Assembly (NCBI GenBank): GCA_044892525.1
Contig: CM097888.1
Coordinates: forward strand, 3,906,001 to 3,970,000
DNA: 64,000 nucleotides
Direction of reading: 5' to 3'
From: Schmidtea polychroa
Lineage: Eukaryota
In this document: piece after piece, positions 27,048-39,610 of the stretch
How the letters are laid out: the number at the start of each line of letters is the position of its first letter
Position numbering within the stretch: position 1 is the stretch's first letter
Position numbers and translations under genes: made by a program
The notes under the pieces: model-generated
Databases searched by the model: none
What the model was told of the DNA's origin: nothing
Seen by the model: only the letters and a program-made list of their open reading frames with translations

Positions 27048-27949
27048 CCACAATACTGAAAAAGTTTGCTGTTTTCGTGATATTCAATTTTCTTATTGTG
27101 GCAGTTTCTTATCTAGAAATATTTTGGCAAAAATACAAAAATGAGCACCTGTTATAATAACTTAAAAAACCTTGGCCATGGACCACTGATTTAGAGTACT
27201 ATTTTATTCATAAAATGTTTCTAAATTCAAAAGTATTTAAAAATTTAATTTTTAATAAATTATTTACAATTCTAAATTTTCATTAAAAAATAATAGTAAT
27301 AAATGAAATATTTTTCAATGTTACAAATATAATTAACATAATATAATATTTTAAATTGTTTAAACAGTTATTTATTAAAATGTTTTAAAAATGTCAACAC
27401 ATTATAATGAGTTATTTTTCCTCGCTTAACTTAATTAGTCTTTTTCACGAAAATTATTTTTAGTTTTGAATTAAGTAGCTGTGATTGTTTACATTCGCAA
27501 TGAATAAAATCTTTTATTACGGAGAAGAAACGATTACCATTTCGAGATGCATGAACATAGACGGTTAGATTTTCTTAGGTTTTATTTGTTAAATTACGAT
27601 ACCCATAATTTTTCAATGTATAACTTTTCTATTTTAGGTTATTTATTTTAAATTAAAATTTAACAATATTAAATGATTTTTTAAAAAAACGTATTGGTTT
27701 CTCCAATGGGAACCATATTGGATAACGAAACATGATCAATATGTATTGATTTCAATTACAAGTTCAAAAGGATGTAATGATAAAGAAATGATGCAATATT
27801 AATGTAAGAGTTCCGAAGCATTTCCTTGCATACAGCAATAGGAATAATTGAATTATTCGATAAATCATCTTTATAAAAACTGAATGTCATTAAAATATTT
27901 CTTACTATAAACTGTTCCATAACCTGGTTTTACATTGATGAAAGTAATT

Positions 27950-28500
27950 TTCATAGTGTATCTTATTATTTCAAAAATGCCCACAATTATTCTCGATTGA
28001 TTGTTTCTGTCATTTGATGGTTTCATCCATCTGGGAGCATCAGAGCTATCATAATATTTTCCTAAATCGATCTAATCAATTGTTACCGAATGCTTGAATG
28101 GCGAATCCAATTGTCATCAAATCCGCTGCAGAAATAAACATTAATATCATCAATTTGATTTGTTTCAATTGATGTTGATTCCTTCTTTCATATCTTCCCA
28201 GTTCTTTTTACTGATCCTTCGATCCTGTTTCCAACCCTTATAATATTATAATAATATTTGAATTCATAAAGCGTTTACTTGTACCGCTTGCTGAAAGTGA
28301 TTTTCATAGTGCATATCTGATTGTTCTTAAATCAATGAAATCCACAATATCGTTTTGATAAACTTTTTTGATTGATTGTTTCTGTCATTTGATGGTTTCC
28401 CCCATCTGGCAGCATCAGAGCTATCATAATATTTTCCTAAATCGATCTAATCAATTGTTACCGAATGCTTGAATGGCGAATCCAATTATCATCAAATCCT
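27950..28500 (-). pseudogene. Two tandem TRAF MATH-domain remnants
   Basis: ~140-bp near-identical blocks at 27995-28130 and 28370-28500, homologous to 24075-24230. Confidence 0.65.
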
Positions 28501-28679
28501 ACGCGCATCAAACAGAAACAAACCTAAATATCACCAATAAACCTTATCATACAATTCTACTCAATAAGGTTTTATAAATAAATAAAAATCAAAATATATT
28601 ACTTACAATAATAAGTAGCTTAATTAGAAATTAATTAAAAATATCACCCTATTTGTTGAATAGCGTTATTGAGGTGCTG

Positions 28680-29090
28680 CATAAAGCTCTGAGTTCACTG
28701 TTTGGTTCCAGTCAAGCAAGTTTAGTGAATAATGCCTTTCCAGTCCCACCAAACGCATAACATCTTTCGAATCTTTTTTTTTGCTCGCGGTGTCGCTTGA
28801 TCTCTCGGCCTTAACCTTTGCACTGCTCCATTTTTCATCTCCCGTAACAAATCGTGGATCGTTCGTCTTCGTTTGCTCACCAAGAACGAGTAGCAGTCTT
28901 TGAGGTCGAAATTTCCATTTTTGAATTTGGCAAACCTTCTCCATACACTTCACAAATCTCTCGGGCAGCCTCTGCAGCATTGGCGCCTCGATTAAACGCA
29001 AAAAGAAGATGTCGAAATTGCTTATTTTTGTTGAGTTTACTCCATTTCGATGATCTGAAACTTTCGAATAACAGAAAGCATTATGCCAAT
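28680..29090 (-). mobile_element. mariner transposase remnant (internally deleted)
   Basis: FNRGANAAEAAREICEVYGEG helix-turn-helix, RFVTGDEKW, LLDWNQTVNSELY. Confidence 0.85.
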
Positions 29091-29242
29091 AAAATTTTTT
29101 TCAATAGTGCAGTCCATAAAGCGAATGAGAAAACGCGGAAATATTGGCTTTAACTCTTAATATAAAAACACTTATTATAGGCTGTAGAAAGTGTTTTGTT
29201 AGTATTTGATTGCATATCCATAGTTTCGAATGGTTATGATGA

Positions 29243-30025
29243 ATACCAAAAGATGTAATACCAAATGATGTAATACCAATTGGTGTAACACACAATGATG
29301 TAATACCTAACGATATAATATATAACGATGTAATACATAACGATGTAATACATAGTGATGTAAAACATAGTGATGTAATACCTAATGATGTGATACATAA
29401 TGTTGTAATACACAACGATGCAATACACGGTGATGCAATACACGATGATGATATTTACAATGATGTAATGCACAATGTTACAATACCCAATGGCACAATA
29501 CCAGGTGATGTAACACCCAATGATGTAACAACCAACGATGTAACGACCAATGATGTAACACCCAATGATGTAACGGCGAATGATGTAACGGCGAATGATG
29601 TAACGACCAATGATGTAACGACCAATGATGTAACAACCGAAGATGTAACAAACAAAGATGTAACAACCAAAGATGTAACAACCAAAGATGTAACAACCAA
29701 TGATGTAACAACCAAATGATGCAACAACCAATGATGTAACAACCAATGATGTAACAACCAATGATGTAACACCCAATGATGCAACACCCAATGATGTTAC
29801 ATCCAATGACGTTACACCCAATGCTGTAACACCCAATGCTGTAACACCCAATGCTGTAACACCCAATACTGTAACACCCAATACTGTAACACCCAATGAC
29901 GTAACACCCAATGATGTAAAACCCAACGATGTAACAACCAAAGATGTAACACCCAACGATGTAACACCCAATGACGTAACACACAATGATGTAATACCCA
30001 ATGATGTAATACCAAATGATGTCAT
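29243..30025. repeat. 15-bp minisatellite (about 52 units, ccaatgatgtaacac) with open pentapeptide frames
   Basis: Plus frame (NDVTP/NDVTT)n broken only by one extra A near 29715; antisense frame (GVTSL)n. Confidence 0.9.
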
Positions 30026-30747
30026 CTGATACCACTCCCAAATAGTAACTGATTGACAATTTTTTAATGTAAGTAGAATATGCTGTGGTAGATTCTCCTT
30101 TCCATCTTCCCCATCCAAATGTTCTATCGGATAATAAGCAATACCCCTCTGCCTCCTTGAAAGTGTCAGCAGCGGCTTATGCTTGATTTCCCATTGATGT
30201 GCTAGTTTATGATCGTTTTATAATCTTTTAAATAATATCACGCTTTTTCCACATGCCTGCAATTTGTTAAATAACTACAAACAAAAATATTACACTTGTA
30301 ATCAAACATGTCTTTGTATAGGCGTGCTTAATCCCACATGTAGAAATTTATCATTAATAAAAAAAATTGTTGTTATTGCTGTTATTGTTTTGATTAGTGA
30401 GTAAATAAATAAATAAACTTATCTTTAGTAAATCCTACCAATATTATTTTACGTATTATTGCACATTGATTTTGGGTTGCCCTGGGACAGTTCTGTGGCA
30501 GACGAACAGGTTAGAATTATTTAGGGTTCCAGAATGAAATTAAATAAAATATCAATATTCGCACATTTACAATTATCAGAAAAATACCTCCCAATCTGTC
30601 AATTGATTTAGCATCGCTTTACTTATTTATTTTTTTTAAATTCACAAAATTTATTTTCAAAAACACTTCTAGAACAGCAACCTTTAAAACAACTAGAAAA
30701 ATTCGATAAATTCCAGCAAAAAATATAATCTTTTAACTTACACTGCT

Positions 30748-30864
30748 CGCGTCTGTGTGCGCATACAAAAACTCCAATGTCATAGCCAAAAAACTCACAC
30801 AGACGCGAGACATGAACTGATAATTAACCCGACAAAAATGATACTGATCGCGTCTGTTTGCGCA
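30748..30864. promoter_or_regulatory. Cluster of CGCGTCTGTGTGCGCA motifs
   Basis: Copies at 30748-30763, 30796-30809 (inverted, partial) and 30849-30864; the same motif clusters at 33.7 and 45.6 kb. Function is inferred. Confidence 0.4.
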
Positions 30865-32289
30865 TACACAAACCATAACCTGATAACATATTTCTAATCA
30901 TCCACATTTAATTAATTCTACTACTCATTTAGATAACTCCGTTTAGATAATTCTCTGAATAGAATTGCCAGATTATAATAAATGCTACTGATCACCTTTG
31001 TAATTCCTAATAAGTATCTCTATTTTAATCTCTGACTACTTTAATGTCAATTTTCCTAGTTTAATTTTTCTTCGTTCACAATATTTCTCTATAGTGATTC
31101 CTAACTTCGTAATAGATTTTCTATCATTGAAAAATATGTTAAGTTTCTATTGTTAACGGCACAAAATGGTATTGATTTATTATATATTGATTGTAATTCT
31201 TTCTATTTCAACAATGCAAATTTATCTACATTCTCCTTGGCTGCCTTGAAACTGATTTTACTAGTGACTCGACTTGGCTCAACAAGTTCCTTTTTAATAA
31301 GCCCTTTTCAGTTTCGATATTTAGTTAGTTTTCCATCGTAATATGGTTTGAGAAACATAATTTTTGAACATGGTTTGAACATGGAGTTTGCCTGGATTGA
31401 TTTCTGGAGACCCTTTTTTTGGATCCGCTATAAAAAATTTAATATTTCTTAAATTGATGATTACCTATTTCATTATGTTTTAATCGATAATTACATCATC
31501 AAGTTTAATATTTTATAAGAACTTTATATATCTGCACTCTGAGATATCGGTGCTTACACCATTTGATCACGTGATTGGTCATTTATTTATTATTTTTTTA
31601 ATATTTGTCATCGGCTATTGGTTATTTAATCACATCTCGAATTATCAAGTGCTAGAAGATATTTTATTAACCGAACCCTCCCTTATCCACTTTCAGATTA
31701 TAATATAAACTCAGGACACTCAAACCTCGCGAGTTTATCAATTTTTCAACATTTGATTTTAAACAAACTACAAATATTTAAAAAAATTTAACCATATAAA
31801 TTTTATTTACTTTTATTTTGACTAAAGATCAAGAATTAATTACATGCAACTCAAATTTTCGGCATTGTCTTTATAAAGTATTAAAAAATAATAAACGGTG
31901 ATCGAAAATATAATAAATATTACTATGATGCAGTATCGATATTCACGAATTTTTTGCGCAGCCTTTTCAAAATTTCAAGAAGCAATCGTCATTTAAATCA
32001 ATTAGTTCTCTGTCACACATTTAGAAGTGCAAATATAAGTGAGCTATGTTGCCATAATTATAAACCGACATCCAAAGGATTTATTATTTATATTATTCTA
32101 AAGTGTCTTTATGATAATATGTTAAAATTACTTTATGAAAATCTTTCACAATAAAAATTATCATTAAAACTTTATACACTATCCTTGATGCGGAAGATAC
32201 AAAACCACGTATTGTATCGATACAGGTGTTAATACAAACCAGAGGCATATTGAAATACACAAATTAGCTAATAATTCTAAAATTGAATA

Positions 32290-32700
32290 TTTCGAGGTGT
32301 CTCATCATCCTGGCCTTCTTTTAACTCATGCACCTCTTCTTGAATTTTTTTAAAAAAATCCATTATGTTGGCATAATTGGTGCTTTTGTTGGCATTGTCT
32401 TCACCAGGGATTTCAACCGGATTCTCTTGTTCTAAATTTATGTTTATTAATATATAAAAATATTAAAAAATACCTTTTTGGTGCCTCTTTAGGCCCGAGA
32501 ATACAAAGAATTTTGAGGATTGTTACTATTTAAAACGTTGAATCAATTATAAAAATGTACAAAAAAAAATTAATTTTTACCTTGAATCGCCATAAATAAT
32601 TAAATAATTAAAATAATTACCCCATCAAGATGATATGAATGATTATTGACGATTATGGCTTGATCATTACGCAATTATGGAATCATTGGTACACATTATT
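32290..32700 (-). pseudogene. Zinc-finger-like plus coiled-coil exons (paralogue of 1940-2290)
   Basis: Exons ..HHLDG|, FVFSGLKRHQK| 42-nt intron |EQENPVEIPGEDNANK...QEEVHELKEGQDDE; frameshift in a T/A run. Confidence 0.5.
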
Positions 32701-33747
32701 GATTATTTGACAATATAATGTAAAGGAAATAATTCTAAAAATCAAAAGTAAGGAAAGTTGAAAATAAATGTTATGTAAAACACGGGGAGAATATTCTGAC
32801 AACAATAGCTCGAGAAATCAATCACAATACTCCCTAGTTTCTTAGTTATGAGTGCTGTCAAATTATAAAAGGTATTTTTTGACAGAACGCGATAGTGGAT
32901 GGATCCGGAAGGATTATTAAAATAGTATTTGCATAAAAATTATATATTTAAAAATATATACAGTATAAAATAAGTTAAATACAGGAAATTTTATATAAAT
33001 ATTATAGCATAGAAGTAAAGTTTTATCTTTGGCGGGTGGCTCGGATCCAAGAGCATACATGCGTTTGCGCGTTAGTATAAAATGGGCGTGAGTGTATTAG
33101 TGTTAAAAGTATACACTCTACTTGTATCGGTATTGTTGTCATAGGTTAAAATAGCGCGTTTGTAGTATTGTGGTCACCATGATGTAACTTACTAAGGAAT
33201 AGTACAGCACGACAATGGTTAAGATATGATGAAGATAGTCGTGTTAGCCTATTGACGATGATGCCACTAAAATAGCTTAGAACTCAGACATAATCCATGA
33301 TAGTGCAAAGTAGGGCTAGAGTTGTCGACATTCGTTTAGCTGATCATGATAAAAAAATTAATTTGTCAAAATAAGGGGAATTCTCTAGGTGATTTCCACT
33401 AAGTGGATGAGTCAAGAATAATAAATACGATCAAGAAAATTCATCTATCCTATGTCAGGAACCCAGGGTGTTTAATTTTTTAAAATCAATCAATAACGGT
33501 ACAAAAATTGACTGTTAATAACGGCTATCTACCCTAAATTGAACGCATAATTTCGTTTGAACTAAACTATAGCATCATGATGATCTATGATAGAAATTTG
33601 AGCAAATAAATGTCATTGAACTTTTTGATGAATTCAAATTCAAAATACCCACACAAATCACCAATTCAAACAAAAGCTTCCTCGACCTCTAAATCAAAAA
33701 AATTACTAAAAACTCTAATTAATAAAAATTGCCGCATACCTCTTGCT

Positions 33748-33885
33748 CGCGTCTGTGTGCGCACATCCATATTACCATAATTCTGCACACATACGCGAGA
33801 ACATTCAACAAAACATACTCTTCTCACTTTTCCGCGTCTGTGTGCGCACATCCAAATCAACAAAGCAAAAGCGCACACAGACGCG
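33748..33885. promoter_or_regulatory. Cluster of CGCGTCTGTGTGCGCA motifs
   Basis: Copies at 33748-33763, 33833-33848 and inverted 33871-33885. Confidence 0.4.
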
Positions 33886-36156
33886 AGCATCGACAATTAA
33901 TTATTGGTCATCATGGGAAAATAAAATATTTATTGGGAACATTATTTATGGGAAAATGGAATGTTCTCAAAATTTTATGCCAATTTAATTTTTTTGAAAT
34001 CCTTTACGAATAACTAAAATTCATTAGCATTATGAGTATACTCACGCATCTCCACCAAATTTATTTTGAATATGTAAAATGTAAAATTAATGAGTCGAGA
34101 ATCTGTTAAATTGACTTATCGCACACTAAATTACAAAATTTCCCTTAGATAAATTTTCCAATTTTCATATATATCTGATGAATTTGGAATCAATCGGTTG
34201 TTAGGAACCTCATCTTGCTTAAACTTCCTTCTAGACTGCTTAAAATTGCTTTATGATCGTAGAAAGGAAAGAGATTGTGTCTTCTATCGATACCTTGAAC
34301 CCAGGAGACTCGCGAATTTAGCAGTCCCTTGGAGTTATCTTAATTCTCAGATATCATTCATATTGCACATTATTAACGTCTCTTATGGTAGGTGCGGCAT
34401 GGTTAAATCATGTTTTTGATTGGGGTTGTGGCAGTTGACAACTGAGTTATATTAATGAAAGTATCAATTGCTTTGTGCTTGTAGGCAAAAATATGGGTAT
34501 AGGCTAACGACCACAACCCCACAGTATAAAAATTGCCCAAATTCCCTACTGTCATTTTACATTTGCTTTATTAAAAGCAAATATTCATAAACACTAACAA
34601 AAATTGCTATAAAATGTAAAAAGAAAAGATAAAAAGTAAAATTTCGATTCATTATAATAACATCCAATTACAAAAAAGCACCAAAACCATTTCGAATAAT
34701 ATAACATAATATCTAAAAAATATTTTAATTTATAATACTACATAAAATACTAAATGAAATTTTGACTTTCGACTAATGTGCCTTGAACGCGTATTATATG
34801 GAAAGTAACTGACATAAATACTTTCCAAACCTTGCTTCTCGTAGTAAGTCCCCTATTTTAATTCTATTTTTATTCTCAACACTAATATTCTGGGGCTTTT
34901 ATATCAAAATTTTAAATTAAAAATTATTTCATCTTATATCATGAGAATTCTATAATTGGTTATTTTCTGATGACGTATTTTTATTTTGAATTATTAAATT
35001 CTAGTTTCAGTCTTTACTTTATTGGCATCATCAGTCGTCATTTATTATTCTTGACGCGCTCATGATAACTATTATCTCATTTTAATATTAAGAGCTTGTA
35101 ATAACACGAGTGAGAGCCTAAAACCATTGAGATCTTGTGGCGATAAAATTGTCCGATGATTAATTTCTTGAATTTGTTACTAATAAGTAGTCAAGTTATT
35201 TTTTCCCATTTTATTACAAGCTTAGAAGTTCTTTGAAATACTTATCAATTGGCTTCCACATCATTCAATTTTCCTAGTGCTATTTTTGCGTGGTTCACTA
35301 ATCCTAATTGCTATTACACACTGGGTGTTCTTAAATATCAAATATGCCGAAAATTCATATTTATCGGATATTTATCCAGTAATAATTGTAATTTTTTTCA
35401 TACAAATAAAAGAACACCATTTTTTAAAATATATTTTTGCAATATATTTTGACAGCTCGTCGTCCGTCATCAAATAATAAAAAAATTCAACAATAACGCT
35501 TATTCCAATAGGTTTATTAGTTATTTACACGTGCAATGAGGGTGCCTGTAAATAAATTGGACGGGTTATCCAGCTGCATATAATAATATAGTTGAACTTC
35601 GTTCACACTTTGTCCCTTCGTTTATCACATGACCATATTTATCGGAAAATACTGAAATGAAGGAAAAAATGAAACAAATTTATTATTTATGCTAAATTAT
35701 TATATAATACGTTTGGTCGTTTGTCAGCGTAGATTCAGATCCATCGTGAATTAGAAATTCGATTTTATTTTCAGGTAATTGTTATATAATACGTTGCTCG
35801 CTAAAATATTTACGGAGAGATATACTTACTGGTTTTTGGATAAAATTCAAAACTGTAAACGCTAAATCAATATCGGCAAAATAATTGTAACAAACTCATC
35901 GTTTTTAACCAAAATTATATATATATAATAAAAATAATAAATATATATATATAAGCTCCAAATAAATAGATACTTTAATTCAAGATAAAACATTTGTTAT
36001 GCTTGAATTATGCATTAATATTTATCTTTATCATCCATCCTACATTAATTATCATCACTTGATACATCAAATAAAAATATATTAATATCTATCAACGTGT
36101 TTAATCTATCTTACCAAATTCCGGACATTTTAAAGATTATCATTAGACGCCTTTAA

Positions 36157-36389
36157 CCCTTTCGCACCGACTTTCCGCTAATGACACTATGCCAAATTTA
36201 TATATTGGAACTTGTTAATATTGACCTAAATATGAAATATTCTCATTTTTGTAATCGTGGCGCTTCTGAATATCCTAGAAAGTCCTGGGATAATAAGTCC
36301 CAATAGGCTTTTATGGATGCTTTGAAAATATCCCAGTAGGATCATGATGAAAGTTTCTGGGACGTATTGTCCCAATAGGGGCGAAAGGG
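36157..36389. mobile_element. piggyBac-type MITE, 233 bp
   Basis: TTAA on both sides; TIRs CCCTTTCGCACC / GGGGCGAAAGGG. Confidence 0.9.
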
Positions 36390-36799
36390 TTAAGACATCA
36401 AAACCTGAGTAAAAGCTATTTCTAACTTTATATTGATAAATTTCCTATATGAAAAGTTTTCATAAACCAAAATATGATCTGATCTTGTTCATGTGTAGTA
36501 TTAGATGAAGTATATTATTATTTAATGTTTGTAGTGTGTGAAATCTGTAGAGCCCAAACAGAGTTACCGGTAAAATATGTTTGGCATCGGTTGTGGTGAT
36601 ACAATGCTATTTAAACTGAACAATATGTATATATTAAATAGAAATTCAACTAATTAATGACAATTGAATAACCTTCCAACAATTCTATAGGTATATTATT
36701 TCTCTATGATCATCTTTTGATTCTCCAGATTCGTATTTTGAGTTTAGCTCCTGTTTTCTTTCGTTCATTAGATTTTGTAATTGGTCAATTTCATCCGAA

Positions 36800-37525
36800 T
36801 CAGCTTTTTGAACTTTGGACTCTTTAGGTTTCAGCTAGACCTGGTAAACAAGCATGTGCTTTGGTAAATTGTGTTTTGATAAATTGGTAATGTTGAAAAT
36901 GGTTCCATTTAGCTCTTCAAACGAAGTATTCAATGAAGTATTATTTCATAGGCTAATCTTTCGTCATTGGAATTCTTGTAGCTGTTTTAGACTGAAGTTA
37001 TAAAGAATCGTCTAGCATTCATAAATGTTTATTTTGATATTTCTTTTACCATATTTAGCATATATATATATATATAAATTCATTATTTACGATCACAAAT
37101 GTCAATTCAAGTGTTTTGATTAACAATTTCATTGCATAAATTTTCTTACCATCGATGGCTAAATTGAAACTAACTAATCAAAATCTAGGAGGAACAATTT
37201 AGGTGGCAACAATTCATTAGGCATATCAGAGCGGATATTAATTATATCATCGAGTAGGAATTCTATCGTTCAGGGTGGGGCGTGCCGAGAGGAGATAGAC
37301 AGCCGTGTTCATCAGCTTTTGGAACTTTGGATTCTTTAGGTTTCAGCTAGACCTGGTAAACAAGCATGTGCTTTGATAAATTGGTCATGTTGAAAATGGT
37401 TCCATTTAGCTCTTCAAACCAAGTATTCATTGAAGAATTTTTGAAGTTGTTTTTGACTGAAGTTATAAAGAATCTTCTAACATTCATAAATGTTTATTTT
37501 GATATTTCTTTTACCATATTTACCA
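36800..37525. repeat. Direct duplication of a ~230-bp block (36800-37060 / 37311-37525) from an unidentified decayed ORF
   Basis: Near-identical atcagctttt.gaactttgga.tctttaggtttcagctagacctggtaaacaagcatgtg...ttttaccatattt. Confidence 0.8.
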
Positions 37526-39164
37526 TATTTGTCTCTGTAAATTCTTATCTGTTGTGAGTGGATTTATGTAAGTTGATAAAATATTTGATTAGGTTTTATC
37601 AACCAGCAATTTAGGGGATAAATTAATGATCGTTTTTATACAAAACTGAAACAATCATCACTAATTACTCCGACCAATGATAGCTGAGCTACTATTTCTT
37701 TACGTCTAATCTTATCTACTTCAAATGTCCGTCGAATTACCTTCAGATGTTAATTCAAATTTGTTGATTAATTGTAGGAACATAAGACCAATATTTAAAA
37801 TATATTCTTAAGAAAATCTAATTATTCCTTATCCCGTATATTAGCTGATAACCTGCGTATTCTAAGATTCCCTATAATATTATATTTGCATATTTCTTGT
37901 ACCACCGTTTGCAGCTTGTACCATTCTAACCTGGTTTTTCCTGTCAATTCAGTCATTGTTGTTGATGGATGGATCCCGAATGTCATATAGAGCATTAATC
38001 CAAATAATCAAATATTGTAGTTGGAAGTATCAATCATGTCCTACTAAAATTTTACGACTTTAGATATCCCATATTTCCGTGTATTGATCACTTCGATTTC
38101 TGCTCGCTACTTAAGTAATGGATTTATGAATTGATTGTCTTTAATTGTCTTTCTGAAGTAGTTGCATTTTTAATTAAATTTTATATTCTATAAAATATGA
38201 GTTTTATAAATTTTCCTCTTTTTATCGATTTGCACTCAATTTTCTGTGTATTTCAATTTCTTTTGCACCACTCTAAACGAACCCCAACAATAGCTTTCAC
38301 CTTAAAGCCATTTGAAATAAAGTTACATCTTTTTCTTCTGAATTGCGCGCTTTGATTGGTATTTTTCTGGGTTGACAGTTTCATCTATAATTTCAAATTC
38401 AGCAAGGCAATCATATAATATGTGTTGATCCATAAATTTTGTACAAGAATGTGCACTGAATAAAATAATTCGTGGACATATCACGATGTGTTATTGTAAA
38501 TAAGTGTAAACTGGTTAACAATAGCCATAAATTAGAAGAAGGCGAGCGTGACATGTGATAGTGAAATTTCAAATATTCTTGACGCGCGAGACGATCGGGT
38601 TCAAGGGGAATAAATGTACTGAAGTATTCCGAATTATTGTTCTTTAATGTTATTGTCATTAAAAGTCGTTAAATTATTAAATTATGAAAATATTAATTAA
38701 ACAAAATACCGGAAGATCTTTCAATTTGGTAATGTATAAATGAAGAATTAAAAAACAACATCAAATAATAACATTAGTTCACAAAATGTTTATTTACATT
38801 GTCACAGGAAAACGTAATCAAACATCAATCATAATTTTTTCTTTATCTTTACGCTAAACTCTAGCCTCATCATCCAAAATAGAAAAGGTTTTCTAATGCT
38901 TGTTTTAGAATTTCAATTTGGATATTGGCGATTTTGATGAATCCGTTATTGATTGCAGGAATAAAATCGATTATTTCACTCGCAGCAAACTGAAATTATT
39001 CCGGGAATTCACAAACTAGCCGTCGCGTTTCTGTCGCATTTGAAATCAGTTTTAAAATTTGTCCTCAAATAATTCCATCAACTTTTTTTAAAAGTCCTTT
39101 CATAAAACTCCATAAATTCATTAATATTTAATAATTTAATAGATTAAATAAAATCCTGAATAGA

Positions 39165-39610
39165 TTCATTAAGATATATATTACACTTATATATTACATT
39201 GTTCTGGCTGGATAACTAGCACCACGCTCTGCTACCAGTTTGATTTAAGTAAACCCAAAAAAAGAGAATTTGTAAAGAGAATCTTTATAACAGGATGAAA
39301 ATCTTTAATTTAACACGATCTATATTCATTAAGATATATATTACACTTATAAATTACCTTGTTCTGGCTGGATAACTAGTACCACGCTCTGCTACCAGTT
39401 TGATTTGAGTAAACCAAAAATAGAGAATTTGTAAAGAGAATCTTTAGAAAAGGATGAAAATCTTTAATTTAATACGATCTATATTCATTAAGATATATAT
39501 TACACTTATATATTACCTTGTTCTGACTGGATAGCCACAACCACGCTCTGCTACCAGTTTGATTTGAGTAAACCCAAAAAAGAGAATTTGTAAAGAGAAT
39601 CTTTAGAACA
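39165..39610 (-). repeat. Three tandem ~159-bp units, each resembling exon plus intron
   Basis: Period of about 159 bp; minus strand ...AACAAG|gtaat...aag|ATTCTC... Confidence 0.8.

Noticed and set aside
29234-30118. Hydrophobic minus-strand ORFs (CYIIG/WVLHH/GVTSL repeats) as membrane proteins
   Set aside because: All three antisense frames are open simply because the 15-bp unit lacks stops there, so no frame can be singled out.
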